Positions 16,682 to 24,222 of a stretch of DNA of 25,956 nt are shown piece after piece. The notes under the pieces were generated by a model. That model made no database searches. It had not been told where the DNA came from and saw nothing but the letters and a program-made list of their open reading frames with translations. The number at the start of each line of letters is the position of its first letter. The first letter of the stretch is position 1. This stretch comes from a virus. Lineage: Duplodnaviria; Caudoviricetes. The DNA is taken from IMG/VR virus record IMGVR_UViG_3300031184_000008, positions 1-25,956 of that record. One strand, given 5' to 3'. Both the position numbers and the translations under genes were made by a program.

Positions 16682-16723
16682 GTGGACACGTCCACACTCT
16701 ACCACCACGCGAGTGCGTAGCAA
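16682..16723 (-). promoter_or_regulatory. Leftward sigma70-type promoter with palindromic operator at +1
   Basis: Minus strand TTGCTA-N16-TAGAGT with extended TG; GTGGAC-AC-GTCCAC at 16682-16695. Confidence 0.5.
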
Positions 16724-16764
16724 GAGCAGAATTGTATAGGTCCGCCACCGTGCGGAGACCCAGC

Positions 16765-16858
16765 CTCGCGCGTACGCGTACATACACGCGCGCGCACGCG
16801 CGCCCGGCGAAAGACTCTACGCAGCGTAGATTCTACGCCGCGCGTACGCGCGCGCGAG
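16765..16858. repeat. Alternating purine/pyrimidine tracts flanking a hairpin
   Basis: 37-bp perfect alternation at 16767-16803, 18 bp at 16839-16856, AGACTCTACGC-A-GCGTAGATTCT at 16812-16834. Confidence 0.8.
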
Positions 16859-17210
16859 CGGGACCGCGGCGTGCGCCGGTTTCCGTGCGCCGATTTTCTG
16901 CGCGGGATTGGCGCGTGGGTATTCCCTCCACGCAACGATCGAGCGGGGGCCCTCCCGCCGCCCCGCGCCACGCGCGCGTGCGTGCCCGTGCGTGGCAGCG
17001 CGTGCGCAGGCGTGCCCCTGCGCCCACGCGCGGCGCGCGAGCGTGCGTGCGGGCACGTACGGCGCGCTGCGTGCGTTTCCGCTACGTGGCGCGTGGCGAA
17101 TCCCCTCGTGCACGCTGCACGCGCGTCGTGCGTCCTGCACACTCGCGCTCCCGGCGTCGTTCGTCGTTGCGTTCCGCATCGTCGTCCGTGCGGATTGCAT
17201 AGTATAAGCC

Positions 17211-17219
17211 TGTGGATAA
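17211..17219 (-). promoter_or_regulatory. Perfect DnaA box
   Basis: TGTGGATAA is the reverse complement of TTATCCACA; intergenic, single copy. Confidence 0.5.
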
Positions 17220-17224
17220 CTCTG

Positions 17225-17271
17225 TAACTCGTTGCGGCACAACGCTAGCGGCACATGGCACAGTGTTAGCA
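17225..17271 (+). promoter_or_regulatory. Putative sigma54 (-24/-12) promoter with upstream IHF-like site
   Basis: TGGCAC-AGTGT-TAGCA (17256-17271) with exact GG-N10-GC spacing; TAACTCGTTG at 17225 partly matches YAA-N4-TTG. Confidence 0.55.
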
Positions 17272-17325
17272 ATGCTCCATGGTGCCCGGTCATGGTGACC
17301 GAAGGCGGAATGAGCGGAGCGGAAC

Positions 17326-17532
17326 GTGAAGCGCTATCAGGTTAGGACGTACCGGGCCAGCGTGACCTTGGTGCCGGTCAATTCGGGAGTTGACGCCTAC
17401 GCGTGGGACGTCGTGGACGGGGACGGCAACACCCTGCACGCTGGCTGCGCGAAGACGGAAGCCGCCGCGTGGATCGAAGCGAGCGCAATGCTCGCGAACG
17501 CGGCACAGAAGGCGGTGCGCGATGACGCCTAA
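17326..17532 (+). CDS. Small early protein (68 aa)
   Basis: GTG start, GGAG SD; first gene of the right arm. Confidence 0.65.
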   Translation: MKRYQVRTYRASVTLVPVNSGVDAYAWDVVDGDGNTLHAGCAKTEAAAWIEASAMLANAAQKAVRDDA

Positions 17533-17620
17533 CGCGCTGGTCTTCGCGACTCTCGCGCTCATCTGGCTGCCGGTCATCGTCCTTGCGGTTGCGATGGAAG
17601 CGCGCGGGGGGAAGTCATGA
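17522..17620 (+). CDS. Single-pass membrane peptide (32 aa)
   Basis: MTPNALVFATLALIWLPVIVLAVAMEARGGKS; overlaps both neighbours. Confidence 0.55.
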   Translation: MTPNALVFATLALIWLPVIVLAVAMEARGGKS

Positions 17621-17841
17621 GTCAACACTATTCGGACCCTGCGCGGGAGACGGACCCGCACGCGCTGCCCGACACCGAAGTATTCCACTCCGACGAATAC
17701 CCCGCAGAGGATGGCGAAACCGCTCTGGAAAGCGGCTGGTACTGGTGGCCGTGCTTTCCCGGATGCCTGCCCGATGGCGACGCCTGCGGCCCGTTCGCGA
17801 CGGAGGCCGAAGCGCTCGCCGATGCGCGGGGGGACGCGTGA
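17617..17841 (+). CDS. Small acidic early protein (74 aa)
   Basis: GWYWWPCFPGCLPD...GPFATEAEA; ATGA overlap. Confidence 0.75.
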   Translation: MSQHYSDPARETDPHALPDTEVFHSDEYPAEDGETALESGWYWWPCFPGCLPDGDACGPFATEAEALADARGDA

Positions 17842-18032
17842 CCGCGCGCGTCTGGGCAATCCCGCTCGCCGCGCACGGCTTCGTCTCCGTGCACGAGACC
17901 GCAAACCCGGTTCGCTGGCATCTGGAAGACTACGACACTGGCAAGCTAATCGCCCCGTGGGGGGAAGGCTTTGCCACCAAGGCCGAAGCCGAAGCGGCGG
18001 CACGCGCGCGCGGCTACGACGTCCAAACCTAA
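17838..18032 (+). CDS. Small early protein (64 aa)
   Basis: GTGA overlap; ...GEGFATKAEAEAAARARGY. Confidence 0.65.
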   Translation: MTARVWAIPLAAHGFVSVHETANPVRWHLEDYDTGKLIAPWGEGFATKAEAEAAARARGYDVQT

Positions 18033-18049
18033 ACCGCGAGGCTAACACC

Positions 18050-18940
18050 ATGTCTAACAACGCATATGATGCCGTGACGGAACGCGTCCTTGCCATGCTG
18101 GAAGGCGGCACGGCGCCGTGGCGCAAGCCGTGGCGCGAGACCGATTCCGGAGGCGTCGCGAATCTGGTAACCGGGCGGAACTATTCCGGGGTCAACGCCT
18201 TGCTACTGCCCGCGCTAGGCTTCCCGTCCCGCTTTTTCCTGACCTTCAATCAGGCACGCAACCTAGGCGGGCACGTGCGAGCCGGCGAGAAAGGCTTCCC
18301 CGTCGTATTCTGGAATTTCCTCGACCGTGAGGACAAAGACGGCAAGGCGCGCCGCTTCCCCCTGCTCAAGCGCTTTACGGTTTTCAACGCGTCGCAGTGT
18401 GAGATACCGGACGGCAAGATGCCGCAACGTGCGCTTGTCGTTGTGCCGCGCCCGGATAGCATCCCCGCGTGCGAGGCAATCGTGCGCGGCTACCTCAACG
18501 GTCCGTCCATGGCCGAAGGCGGAAACGTCGCGTGCTATTCGCCGTCGCGCGATGCGGTCACGATGCCGCCGGCCGGCGCCTTCTCCACCATGGAACACTA
18601 CTACTCGACTCTCTTTCATGAACTGGGCCATAGCACGGGCCATGCGAGCCGGTTGAACCGCACCATGAAAGGCGGTTTCGGAAGCGAACCCTACGGGCGC
18701 GAAGAACTCGTTGCCGAAATGACCGCGGCTTTCCTCGCGGCGGAGACCGGCATTGACGGTGCCACCATCCCCGACTCGGCTAGCTACCTCGCCAATTGGA
18801 TAGGCGCCTTGCGCGCGGATCCGAAAGCCGTGGTAGTCGCGGCCGGCGCCGCGCAGAAAGCCGCGAATCTAATCCTCAACCGATCGGCTAGCACGGCCGA
18901 TACCTCCACCGACACCCAAACCGAAAGCGAGGCTGCATAA
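18050..18940 (+). CDS. ardC: ArdC-like antirestriction protein (ssDNA-binding domain plus zincin-like metallopeptidase domain)
   Basis: PWRKPW, YSGVNALLL, FLTFNQA, VRAGEKG, FTVFN, TLFHELGHSTGH, YGREELVAE, SASYLANW; ATG 18050 with GAGG SD. Confidence 0.92.
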   Translation: MSNNAYDAVTERVLAMLEGGTAPWRKPWRETDSGGVANLVTGRNYSGVNALLLPALGFPSRFFLTFNQARNLGGHVRAGEKGFPVVFWNFLDREDKDGKARRFPLLKRFTVFNASQCEIPDGKMPQRALVVVPRPDSIPACEAIVRGYLNGPSMAEGGNVACYSPSRDAVTMPPAGAFSTMEHYYSTLFHELGHSTGHASRLNRTMKGGFGSEPYGREELVAEMTAAFLAAETGIDGATIPDSASYLANWIGALRADPKAVVVAAGAAQKAANLILNRSASTADTSTDTQTESEAA

Positions 18941-19404
18941 TGAACCGCGAAATCGAGAGAGTCACACTCGCGGCACACGTGGATGAGTCTCCCGACCTGT
19001 CGTGGATTGGCGCGTATTCCGACAAGCCGGGGCCGGCCGCGAAGACTAAGATTTGCCACGACGGATCCGACCGCCGCACGTTCCGCTATTTCATCTCCGC
19101 CAATGCCGAAAACCGCGCGCACGCGCACGAGGATTGGCGCCGCATGGAAGCCTATAACCGGGGTGACTGGTGGATGGTCGGAGTCTACGCAACCGCGACC
19201 ATCCGCCTCACGGATGAGCGCGGCACGTCGCACACGCAAACGCTCCGCTCGCCCGGCATCTGGGGAATCGAGTCGGATAGCGACCCGTCTTTTCTGAACG
19301 AGACCGGCCGCGAGGAATGGACCATGCTCAAAGCGGACCTGTCCGCCTTGGGTTTCACCGATGCCGAATTGGACGCGGTCGACCCGGGCGAGGTGCAGTC
19401 ATGA
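18940..19404 (+). CDS. Hypothetical protein (154 aa)
   Basis: TAATG overlap; GDWWMVGV...GIWGIESD. Confidence 0.75.
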   Translation: MNREIERVTLAAHVDESPDLSWIGAYSDKPGPAAKTKICHDGSDRRTFRYFISANAENRAHAHEDWRRMEAYNRGDWWMVGVYATATIRLTDERGTSHTQTLRSPGIWGIESDSDPSFLNETGREEWTMLKADLSALGFTDAELDAVDPGEVQS

Positions 19405-19775
19405 GCGCATGGATGACGTCACCCCGACACGTCGCGGCTATCGTTCGCTGGTACACCCACAACGACGCGAACGGCGAGCCGGACGATTGCATCGCCTTGG
19501 CCGATATGCTCCACAAAGAGAACGCGTTGAGCGTGAACTACCGCTATCCGAATCACCCGGCGGAGATGCCGCACCGCTTCACGCTCGCGGACGTCAATGC
19601 GGCCCCGAGCCTGTCCCCGGTCGAAGTCATCAAGGCGTGCGATTGCCTTGAGTACCAGTCATGCGAGCATCCCGGCTGGAAGCAAAGCCGCGCCCGGGAA
19701 CTGGTCCGCACCATCCGCGGCGCCGCTATCAACGCGCTCCCCGGCTACGATGCCGCCCCGTGGGGCATCGACTAA
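19401..19775 (+). CDS. Phage hypothetical protein (124 aa)
   Basis: ATGA overlap; ENALSVNYRY and CLEYQSCE motifs recurrent in phage early proteins. Confidence 0.78.
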   Translation: MSAWMTSPRHVAAIVRWYTHNDANGEPDDCIALADMLHKENALSVNYRYPNHPAEMPHRFTLADVNAAPSLSPVEVIKACDCLEYQSCEHPGWKQSRARELVRTIRGAAINALPGYDAAPWGID

Positions 19776-20143
19776 TGGCGAACCTCAACGGCAAGCCGCG
19801 TTTCCGTGGCAAATGGGTCAACTGCATTGTGTCGTCCGGCGCGGTCGGCGGTCGGCCGAACAAGCTAGCGGCCGGCATGACAAATACGCTGCGCCGGCAC
19901 AAGCGCGGGCATTCCGACGATGCGAATACGCTGGCGGTCAAGGGGACGCTGGATCCCCTGTCCGGCTGGTATTGGAACGTCCGGCAGACCTTCGCCCCGG
20001 CGCGCTGCCCGTGCTGCGGCTCCACCCACCCGAACGCGAAAGAGGCGCGCTACACCCTCTCCACCCATGGCCGCGGGCGTCTCGCACGGCTACGCAATGC
20101 ACGACGCACGATTGAAAGGAATACAAATGAACCGCCTCTTTAG
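19775..20143 (+). CDS. Basic hypothetical protein with CPCC motif (122 aa)
   Basis: TAATG overlap with the upstream stop. Confidence 0.5.
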   Translation: MANLNGKPRFRGKWVNCIVSSGAVGGRPNKLAAGMTNTLRRHKRGHSDDANTLAVKGTLDPLSGWYWNVRQTFAPARCPCCGSTHPNAKEARYTLSTHGRGRLARLRNARRTIERNTNEPPL

Positions 20144-20249
20144 CTTGCAGGTCGGCACGTTCGTTGCAGCACTGGGACGCTACGCTACCACGCGCGGCAC
20201 CACGTGGATGCTGCGCTTCGGTCGCACCGTTCACTACTTGACCGTCTAG
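20127..20249 (+). CDS. Small hypothetical protein (40 aa)
   Basis: SD GAAAGGA 6 nt before ATG 20127. Confidence 0.5.
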   Translation: MNRLFSLQVGTFVAALGRYATTRGTTWMLRFGRTVHYLTV

Positions 20250-20266
20250 TAATTAGCTGCTAGACT
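20238..20266 (+). promoter_or_regulatory. Sigma70-type promoter
   Basis: TTGACC-N17-TAGACT with extended TG; inverted repeat GTCTAG-N10-CTAGAC overlaps it. Confidence 0.7.
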
Positions 20267-20303
20267 CTCCGCTGTCCTACCTCTCACCCTGCGAGGCTGC
20301 ACC

Positions 20304-20633
20304 ATGGAAACGATGTATCTCGACAAGAGCGCCGCCGCCGCCAACGTGCGCGACGGCTGCGACCCGACTTCGGTCGGCTGGTACTGGCGGCCGGCCGACG
20401 ATGGCCCCGACCCGGCCGATTGGATTGGACCGTTCCGCAGCAAGGAGAAGGCGGAGGCCGACGCCAACGCGCCGCCCACGCTCGACAGCATCACGCCCGA
20501 GATGATCGTCACGAAGCTCTACCCGCTCGCCGGCCACCTCATGCTGGAAGGCAAGACCAACAGCGACCGGCGAGCACTGGCCGAGGCGGAGCGCTACCTC
20601 GACGCGATCCGCTCGCTCGCGAGGGGCGAATGA
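20304..20633 (+). CDS. Hypothetical protein (109 aa)
   Basis: GAGG SD; GWYWR...GPFRSKEKAEADA, similar to 17617..17841. Confidence 0.72.
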   Translation: METMYLDKSAAAANVRDGCDPTSVGWYWRPADDGPDPADWIGPFRSKEKAEADANAPPTLDSITPEMIVTKLYPLAGHLMLEGKTNSDRRALAEAERYLDAIRSLARGE

Positions 20634-20863
20634 CAGCGCTCACCAAGCCCGTCACCCGAACCGCGCGCCTCGTGCGCGGCGTCATCCACGTGACACTACA
20701 CCCGGACGGCCGCATCGAGTTTCGCGAGCGCGGCCGGCGCAAGAGTTTCGCCTTGGACCTGAACGCGCTCTTTGCCCGCGCCGTCGCGGCAGCCGTCGCA
20801 AGCGAGCGCGCGGAGCGCAAGCGCGAGCGGCAGGCGAGCGCGCAGCTTCGGAGGCGCAAGTGA
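20630..20863 (+). CDS. Basic hypothetical protein (77 aa)
   Basis: ATGA overlap; MTALTKPVTR... Confidence 0.7.
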   Translation: MTALTKPVTRTARLVRGVIHVTLHPDGRIEFRERGRRKSFALDLNALFARAVAAAVASERAERKRERQASAQLRRRK

Positions 20864-21108
20864 CCGCCCGCGTCTATCTGCTGGCCGACAGCGGCGACGG
20901 GCCGAAGGTGGTCAGATGGCACCCCGATCGCGTTCCGGGGGAAGCGATTCTGTGGGCCGCCGCCGCCGACCTTCGGGGCGTTCCTCACTGGCTGGTGGAG
21001 GCGGAGAGCGCGGACGCGGCGCGGCTTACGATTCGTGTGGGATCGGCCGGGCCGCTCGCGCGCATGTGCAAGCTCGGCCGCATCCTCGACAGCGGCGGTG
21101 CGGCGTGA
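20860..21108 (+). CDS. Hypothetical protein (82 aa)
   Basis: GTGA overlap, GGAGG SD. Confidence 0.6.
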   Translation: MTARVYLLADSGDGPKVVRWHPDRVPGEAILWAAAADLRGVPHWLVEAESADAARLTIRVGSAGPLARMCKLGRILDSGGAA

Positions 21109-21305
21109 GTGGGCCGCGAATGACTCCGAAGGTCCGCCGGGGGCTGATCGAATTGGCAGAGTACGGGCGGTGTTTCTTGGAGGCGGACGAGTGGAGCATC
21201 CCGCAGGCCGAAGACGCCGAAGACAACGGCACGCGCGTCTCGGACATGGAGACCGCGCTGGCTTGGGCGGGATACGCCGAGTTTGAGAAAGGTGGTAGCG
21301 AATGA
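21105..21305 (+). CDS. Acidic hypothetical protein (61-66 aa)
   Basis: GTGA overlap at 21105 or ATG 21120; coupled to the next gene. Confidence 0.6.
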   Translation: MSGPRMTPKVRRGLIELAEYGRCFLEADEWSIPQAEDAEDNGTRVSDMETALAWAGYAEFEKGGSE

Positions 21306-21646
21306 AGTTCACTGACGCGCAGTTCATCGAAGCGATCCGCGCGGTCGCCGCCGAAGCGCCGGAGTACCGCTATCTCGGGCGCAAGGATCTGGCGCCGCAG
21401 TTCGTCTACCACCGGCGCGACGGGGATCCCGGCTGCTTGATCGGGGAAGCCTTGGCCCGGCTCGGAGTCGAGCAGGACGTGTTGCTCGGCCAGCGCGGGG
21501 CTACCGCCTTGGAGATGCTCCCGGACTTCGGTCTCTCCGACCGGCTGACGGAAATCGCGAACGAGACCCAGTCGCTACAGGACTGCGGCGTAAGTTGGGG
21601 CCGCTGCCTCCACGAGTTCAACGCCGCCTTGGGCGACCCGTCATGA
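21302..21646 (+). CDS. Phage hypothetical protein (114 aa)
   Basis: PGCLIGEAL...QSLQDCGVSWG pattern; ATGA overlap. Confidence 0.75.
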   Translation: MKFTDAQFIEAIRAVAAEAPEYRYLGRKDLAPQFVYHRRDGDPGCLIGEALARLGVEQDVLLGQRGATALEMLPDFGLSDRLTEIANETQSLQDCGVSWGRCLHEFNAALGDPS

Positions 21647-21677
21647 GCGAGCCGAAGAGCCGGATCTGCTTCCCGAA

Positions 21678-21965
21678 GTGAAGCGCCGCCTCCCGGAGCT
21701 ACCGCCCGCGCGCCACAAGTGGCATGTCCGGGGCGCGTGGCGGGCCGATACGATCTGGGCGATCCCGGGCAAGCTCCCGAGTCGACAGCGTGTGTTCGAT
21801 TGGGCATTATCTATGCGCCGCTCCAGCCTGCGCCACTGGCGCGCGGGCGCCTTGCAACGGGCCGCAAACGAACGGGCCGCCCTGCGCGGCTTTCTTCAGC
21901 GTGTCAGACAACTCCACGGAAGGAGTACAACGAGACCATGGGACGCCTCACTCGAAGTTTACTAG
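21678..21965 (+). CDS. Arg/Trp-rich hypothetical protein (95 aa), uncertain
   Basis: GTG start coupled through a 12-codon mini-ORF at 21643-21681. Confidence 0.4.
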   Translation: MKRRLPELPPARHKWHVRGAWRADTIWAIPGKLPSRQRVFDWALSMRRSSLRHWRAGALQRAANERAALRGFLQRVRQLHGRSTTRPWDASLEVY

Positions 21966-22201
21966 GGCAAGCCCGCATGGCCGCGGGGCTAGCAACTGCG
22001 AAGGCCGCGGCTGACGCCTTGGGCATCTCGCGCCAGTACCTGCTCATGATCGAGTCGGGGCGCGGCTCCCCCGGGCCGGCCTTGTTCGATCGCATGTGCA
22101 TCACGTACCAGCTTTCGGCCGAACAGCTTGCCCATATTCTACATAACACGCGCACCGAACTGTGGCGCCGGCAACTGGCTAAGGCACGACATACCGCTTG
22201 A
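21938..22201 (+). CDS. XRE/Cro-CI-type HTH transcriptional regulator (87 aa)
   Basis: ARMAAGL...AADALGISRQYLLMIESGRGSP; AAGGAG SD-like sequence upstream. Confidence 0.85.
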   Translation: MGRLTRSLLGQARMAAGLATAKAAADALGISRQYLLMIESGRGSPGPALFDRMCITYQLSAEQLAHILHNTRTELWRRQLAKARHTA

Positions 22202-22228
22202 CGGCTCACTAAACGTTATGCTAACGTT
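22198..22228 (+). promoter_or_regulatory. Sigma70-type promoter with 17-bp palindromic operator
   Basis: TTGACG-N18-TAACGT with extended TG; AACGTTA-TGC-TAACGTT at 22212-22228. Confidence 0.65.
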
Positions 22229-22240
22229 CCACGTGGAACA
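22225..22240. promoter_or_regulatory. parS-type ParB binding site
   Basis: cGTTCCACGTGGAACa: perfect 14-bp palindrome matching the chromosomal parS consensus. Confidence 0.75.
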
Positions 22241-22255
22241 AACCCGGAGGATCCC

Positions 22256-22660
22256 GTGAACATGCAGTACGCTCCGATCTGTCCCGATCACCAGACCCCG
22301 ATGAGCCCGTCGCCGAAGACCGGCGGCTGGTTCTGCCCGAAGAAGCGAGCGGACGGCTCGTGGTGCCAGCAGAAGGCGCCGGCCGGCGGCCCGATGCCGA
22401 TGCCGCAACCGCCCCTGCCGACGCAGCAGACGCCCGTCACGGGCGTTCAGTGGACGCCCCCGACCCCACAGGCACCCGCCGCACAGTCGTCGCTCCTGAG
22501 CGATTCTAGCGACGCGGTCCTCGCCGGGGAATCCTTGCGCTTCGGTGCTCACATCATCGCGGCGCGACCGATCGAGCACAACACGGCGGACGAGGCGGCG
22601 GCGGCAGCGATCAGCATCGCGATCACGGCCTATCGGACCATGAAGGCGTACCTGCCGTGA
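22256..22660 (+). CDS. Zn-finger protein with Pro-rich linker (134 aa)
   Basis: CPDH...WFCPKK...WC; GGAGG SD, GTG start. Confidence 0.72.
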   Translation: MNMQYAPICPDHQTPMSPSPKTGGWFCPKKRADGSWCQQKAPAGGPMPMPQPPLPTQQTPVTGVQWTPPTPQAPAAQSSLLSDSSDAVLAGESLRFGAHIIAARPIEHNTADEAAAAAISIAITAYRTMKAYLP

Positions 22661-22842
22661 ACCCGCTGCCCTGCCCCTGCGGACAAGAGTCCGTTGTTGA
22701 CACCTACGAGCGGAGCTATCGGGTCCGCTGCTACGACCTGTCGTGCGTGCTGCTTCCCGGCGAAGAAGCCAAGAAGTCCGACACGGCCATCTGGCGCTGG
22801 AACACCATGGTGCGGCTATTCAATCTGGAGCGCGGCCGATGA
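22657..22842 (+). CDS. Lar-like (restriction alleviation family) Zn-ribbon protein
   Basis: LPCPCG...VRC...C...AIWRWN matches the Lar family pattern. Confidence 0.6.
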   Translation: MNPLPCPCGQESVVDTYERSYRVRCYDLSCVLLPGEEAKKSDTAIWRWNTMVRLFNLERGR

Positions 22843-23663
22843 GCGAGATGGAGCCCGGCTACACGTATGGGCAGGAGAATCCGTTCCCGGCGGCCGGCTC
22901 GGTCTACTTGGTGAAGGTCGGCCGGCGCGAGTGCTACCGGACCCCGCACGGCGACATGAAGCGAACGACGAACGTGCTCAGGGCGCTCGGCTTGAAGACC
23001 GAGGGGCTCGTTCGCTGGTCGGCGTCGGTCGAGCGCGAGGCGATGATCGCGGCGGCGGCGGAAGTGTTCGCGGGGGGGCAGGCGGAAGACGTCCAGAGTT
23101 TCATCGACCTGATCTGGGCGAGCCTGCCGGCGGTGAAAGAAGGCGAGCGCCGCAAGACGGAAGCCGGCGACTTGGGCACGTCGGCGCACGACGAGATCCG
23201 GCGCCGCACGCTCCTGATGCTCGGAGCACCGGCCCCGGCGGAGATGCCGCTACGAATTGAAGCGGCCCACGCGGTCGAAGCGTGGGAGCGCTGGATGCAC
23301 GACGAGCAGATCACGCCGTTTCTAGCCGAGCAGCCGGTCTACCACGCGCCGAGCATGACGGCCGGGACGATCGACCTGCTCGCTTACGACCGGCACGGGC
23401 GCTTGGGGATCCCGGACTATAAGACCAGCAAGGCGATCTATCCGGACCATCACGTGCAGGTCGCGCACTACTGCCGCATGGCGCGCCAGTGGGCGCCGAT
23501 CGAGTGGGCCTCGATCGTCCGGCTGCCGAAGAACGTGAACGACGAGGCGTTTGAAGTGGTCCCCTTGGGGCACTTGGATTCCAAGCGGACCCTCACCGAA
23601 GAAGAACTGCACGAGGTCTTCGACGCGGCGAATCGCGTCTACGACCTGCTGATGGCGGCGTAA
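22839..23663 (+). CDS. PD-(D/E)XK superfamily phage exonuclease
   Basis: GTSAHDEI, AEQPVY, AGTIDLL, DYKTS, QVAHY motifs; ATGA overlap. Confidence 0.88.
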   Translation: MSEMEPGYTYGQENPFPAAGSVYLVKVGRRECYRTPHGDMKRTTNVLRALGLKTEGLVRWSASVEREAMIAAAAEVFAGGQAEDVQSFIDLIWASLPAVKEGERRKTEAGDLGTSAHDEIRRRTLLMLGAPAPAEMPLRIEAAHAVEAWERWMHDEQITPFLAEQPVYHAPSMTAGTIDLLAYDRHGRLGIPDYKTSKAIYPDHHVQVAHYCRMARQWAPIEWASIVRLPKNVNDEAFEVVPLGHLDSKRTLTEEELHEVFDAANRVYDLLMAA

Positions 23664-23687
23664 CCCTCTAACGAATTGGAGTCGGTA

Positions 23688-24221
23688 GTGGCGACCACCA
23701 AGAAGAAGCTCGCGAATAAGAAAAAGCGACCCCTGAGCCCGCTCATGCAGTTCCGCGCAGAGCTTCGCGCGGCGGCGAAGGCCGGTCGGCCGGCCCGTCT
23801 GCGCGGGGTTGATATTCAACTGCATCGGCTCGATCTGTCGGAGGCGCCCCTTCGGAACGCCGACTTGAGAGGCGCGAACCTGCGCTACTGCCACGTGCGC
23901 GGCGCCGACTTCTCGGGGGCGGACTTGCGAAGCGCGAGCCTGCCGTCGCCGAGCGTCATGCTGACCGCGTACTGGCCGAATCTCGACGACGACAAGCTGG
24001 TCCGCGACCTGATGCGCTACGACGCGGAGAATCACGAGAACCCCGATGCGTTCGAGACTTGGGCGGCGGGCGGACCGTGTCCCTACGAAGACTCCACGTT
24101 TAGCCGCGCGGCCAATTTCAACGAGGACACTGAAGCGTTCAAGCCCGGCCGCGCGCCGCGCGCTTACGATCTGATCGTGCGCGTGTTCAAGGCGGCCGGC
24201 GTCAAATGGGGGAGGATCTAG
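23688..24221 (+). CDS. Pentapeptide-repeat-containing protein
   Basis: LDLSE-APLRN-ADLRG-ANLRY-CHVRG-ADFSG-ADLRS; GGAG SD before GTG 23688. Confidence 0.8.
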   Translation: MATTKKKLANKKKRPLSPLMQFRAELRAAAKAGRPARLRGVDIQLHRLDLSEAPLRNADLRGANLRYCHVRGADFSGADLRSASLPSPSVMLTAYWPNLDDDKLVRDLMRYDAENHENPDAFETWAAGGPCPYEDSTFSRAANFNEDTEAFKPGRAPRAYDLIVRVFKAAGVKWGRI

Positions 24222-24222
24222 C

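Noticed and set aside
16542-17293. Multiple Arg/Ala-rich ORFs on both strands
   Set aside because: Produced by stop-poor CG/CGTG low-complexity sequence; region reads as non-coding.
17711-18049. N-terminal extension of ArdC in the ORF track
   Set aside because: Overlaps two better small ORFs; the domain and SD start at 18050.
22839-23663. Cas4 assignment for the nuclease
   Set aside because: Lacks the four-cysteine Fe-S cluster pattern; no CRISPR context.
23688-24221. Qnr/MfpA resistance gene
   Set aside because: Only about seven repeats; those proteins are almost entirely pentapeptide repeats.
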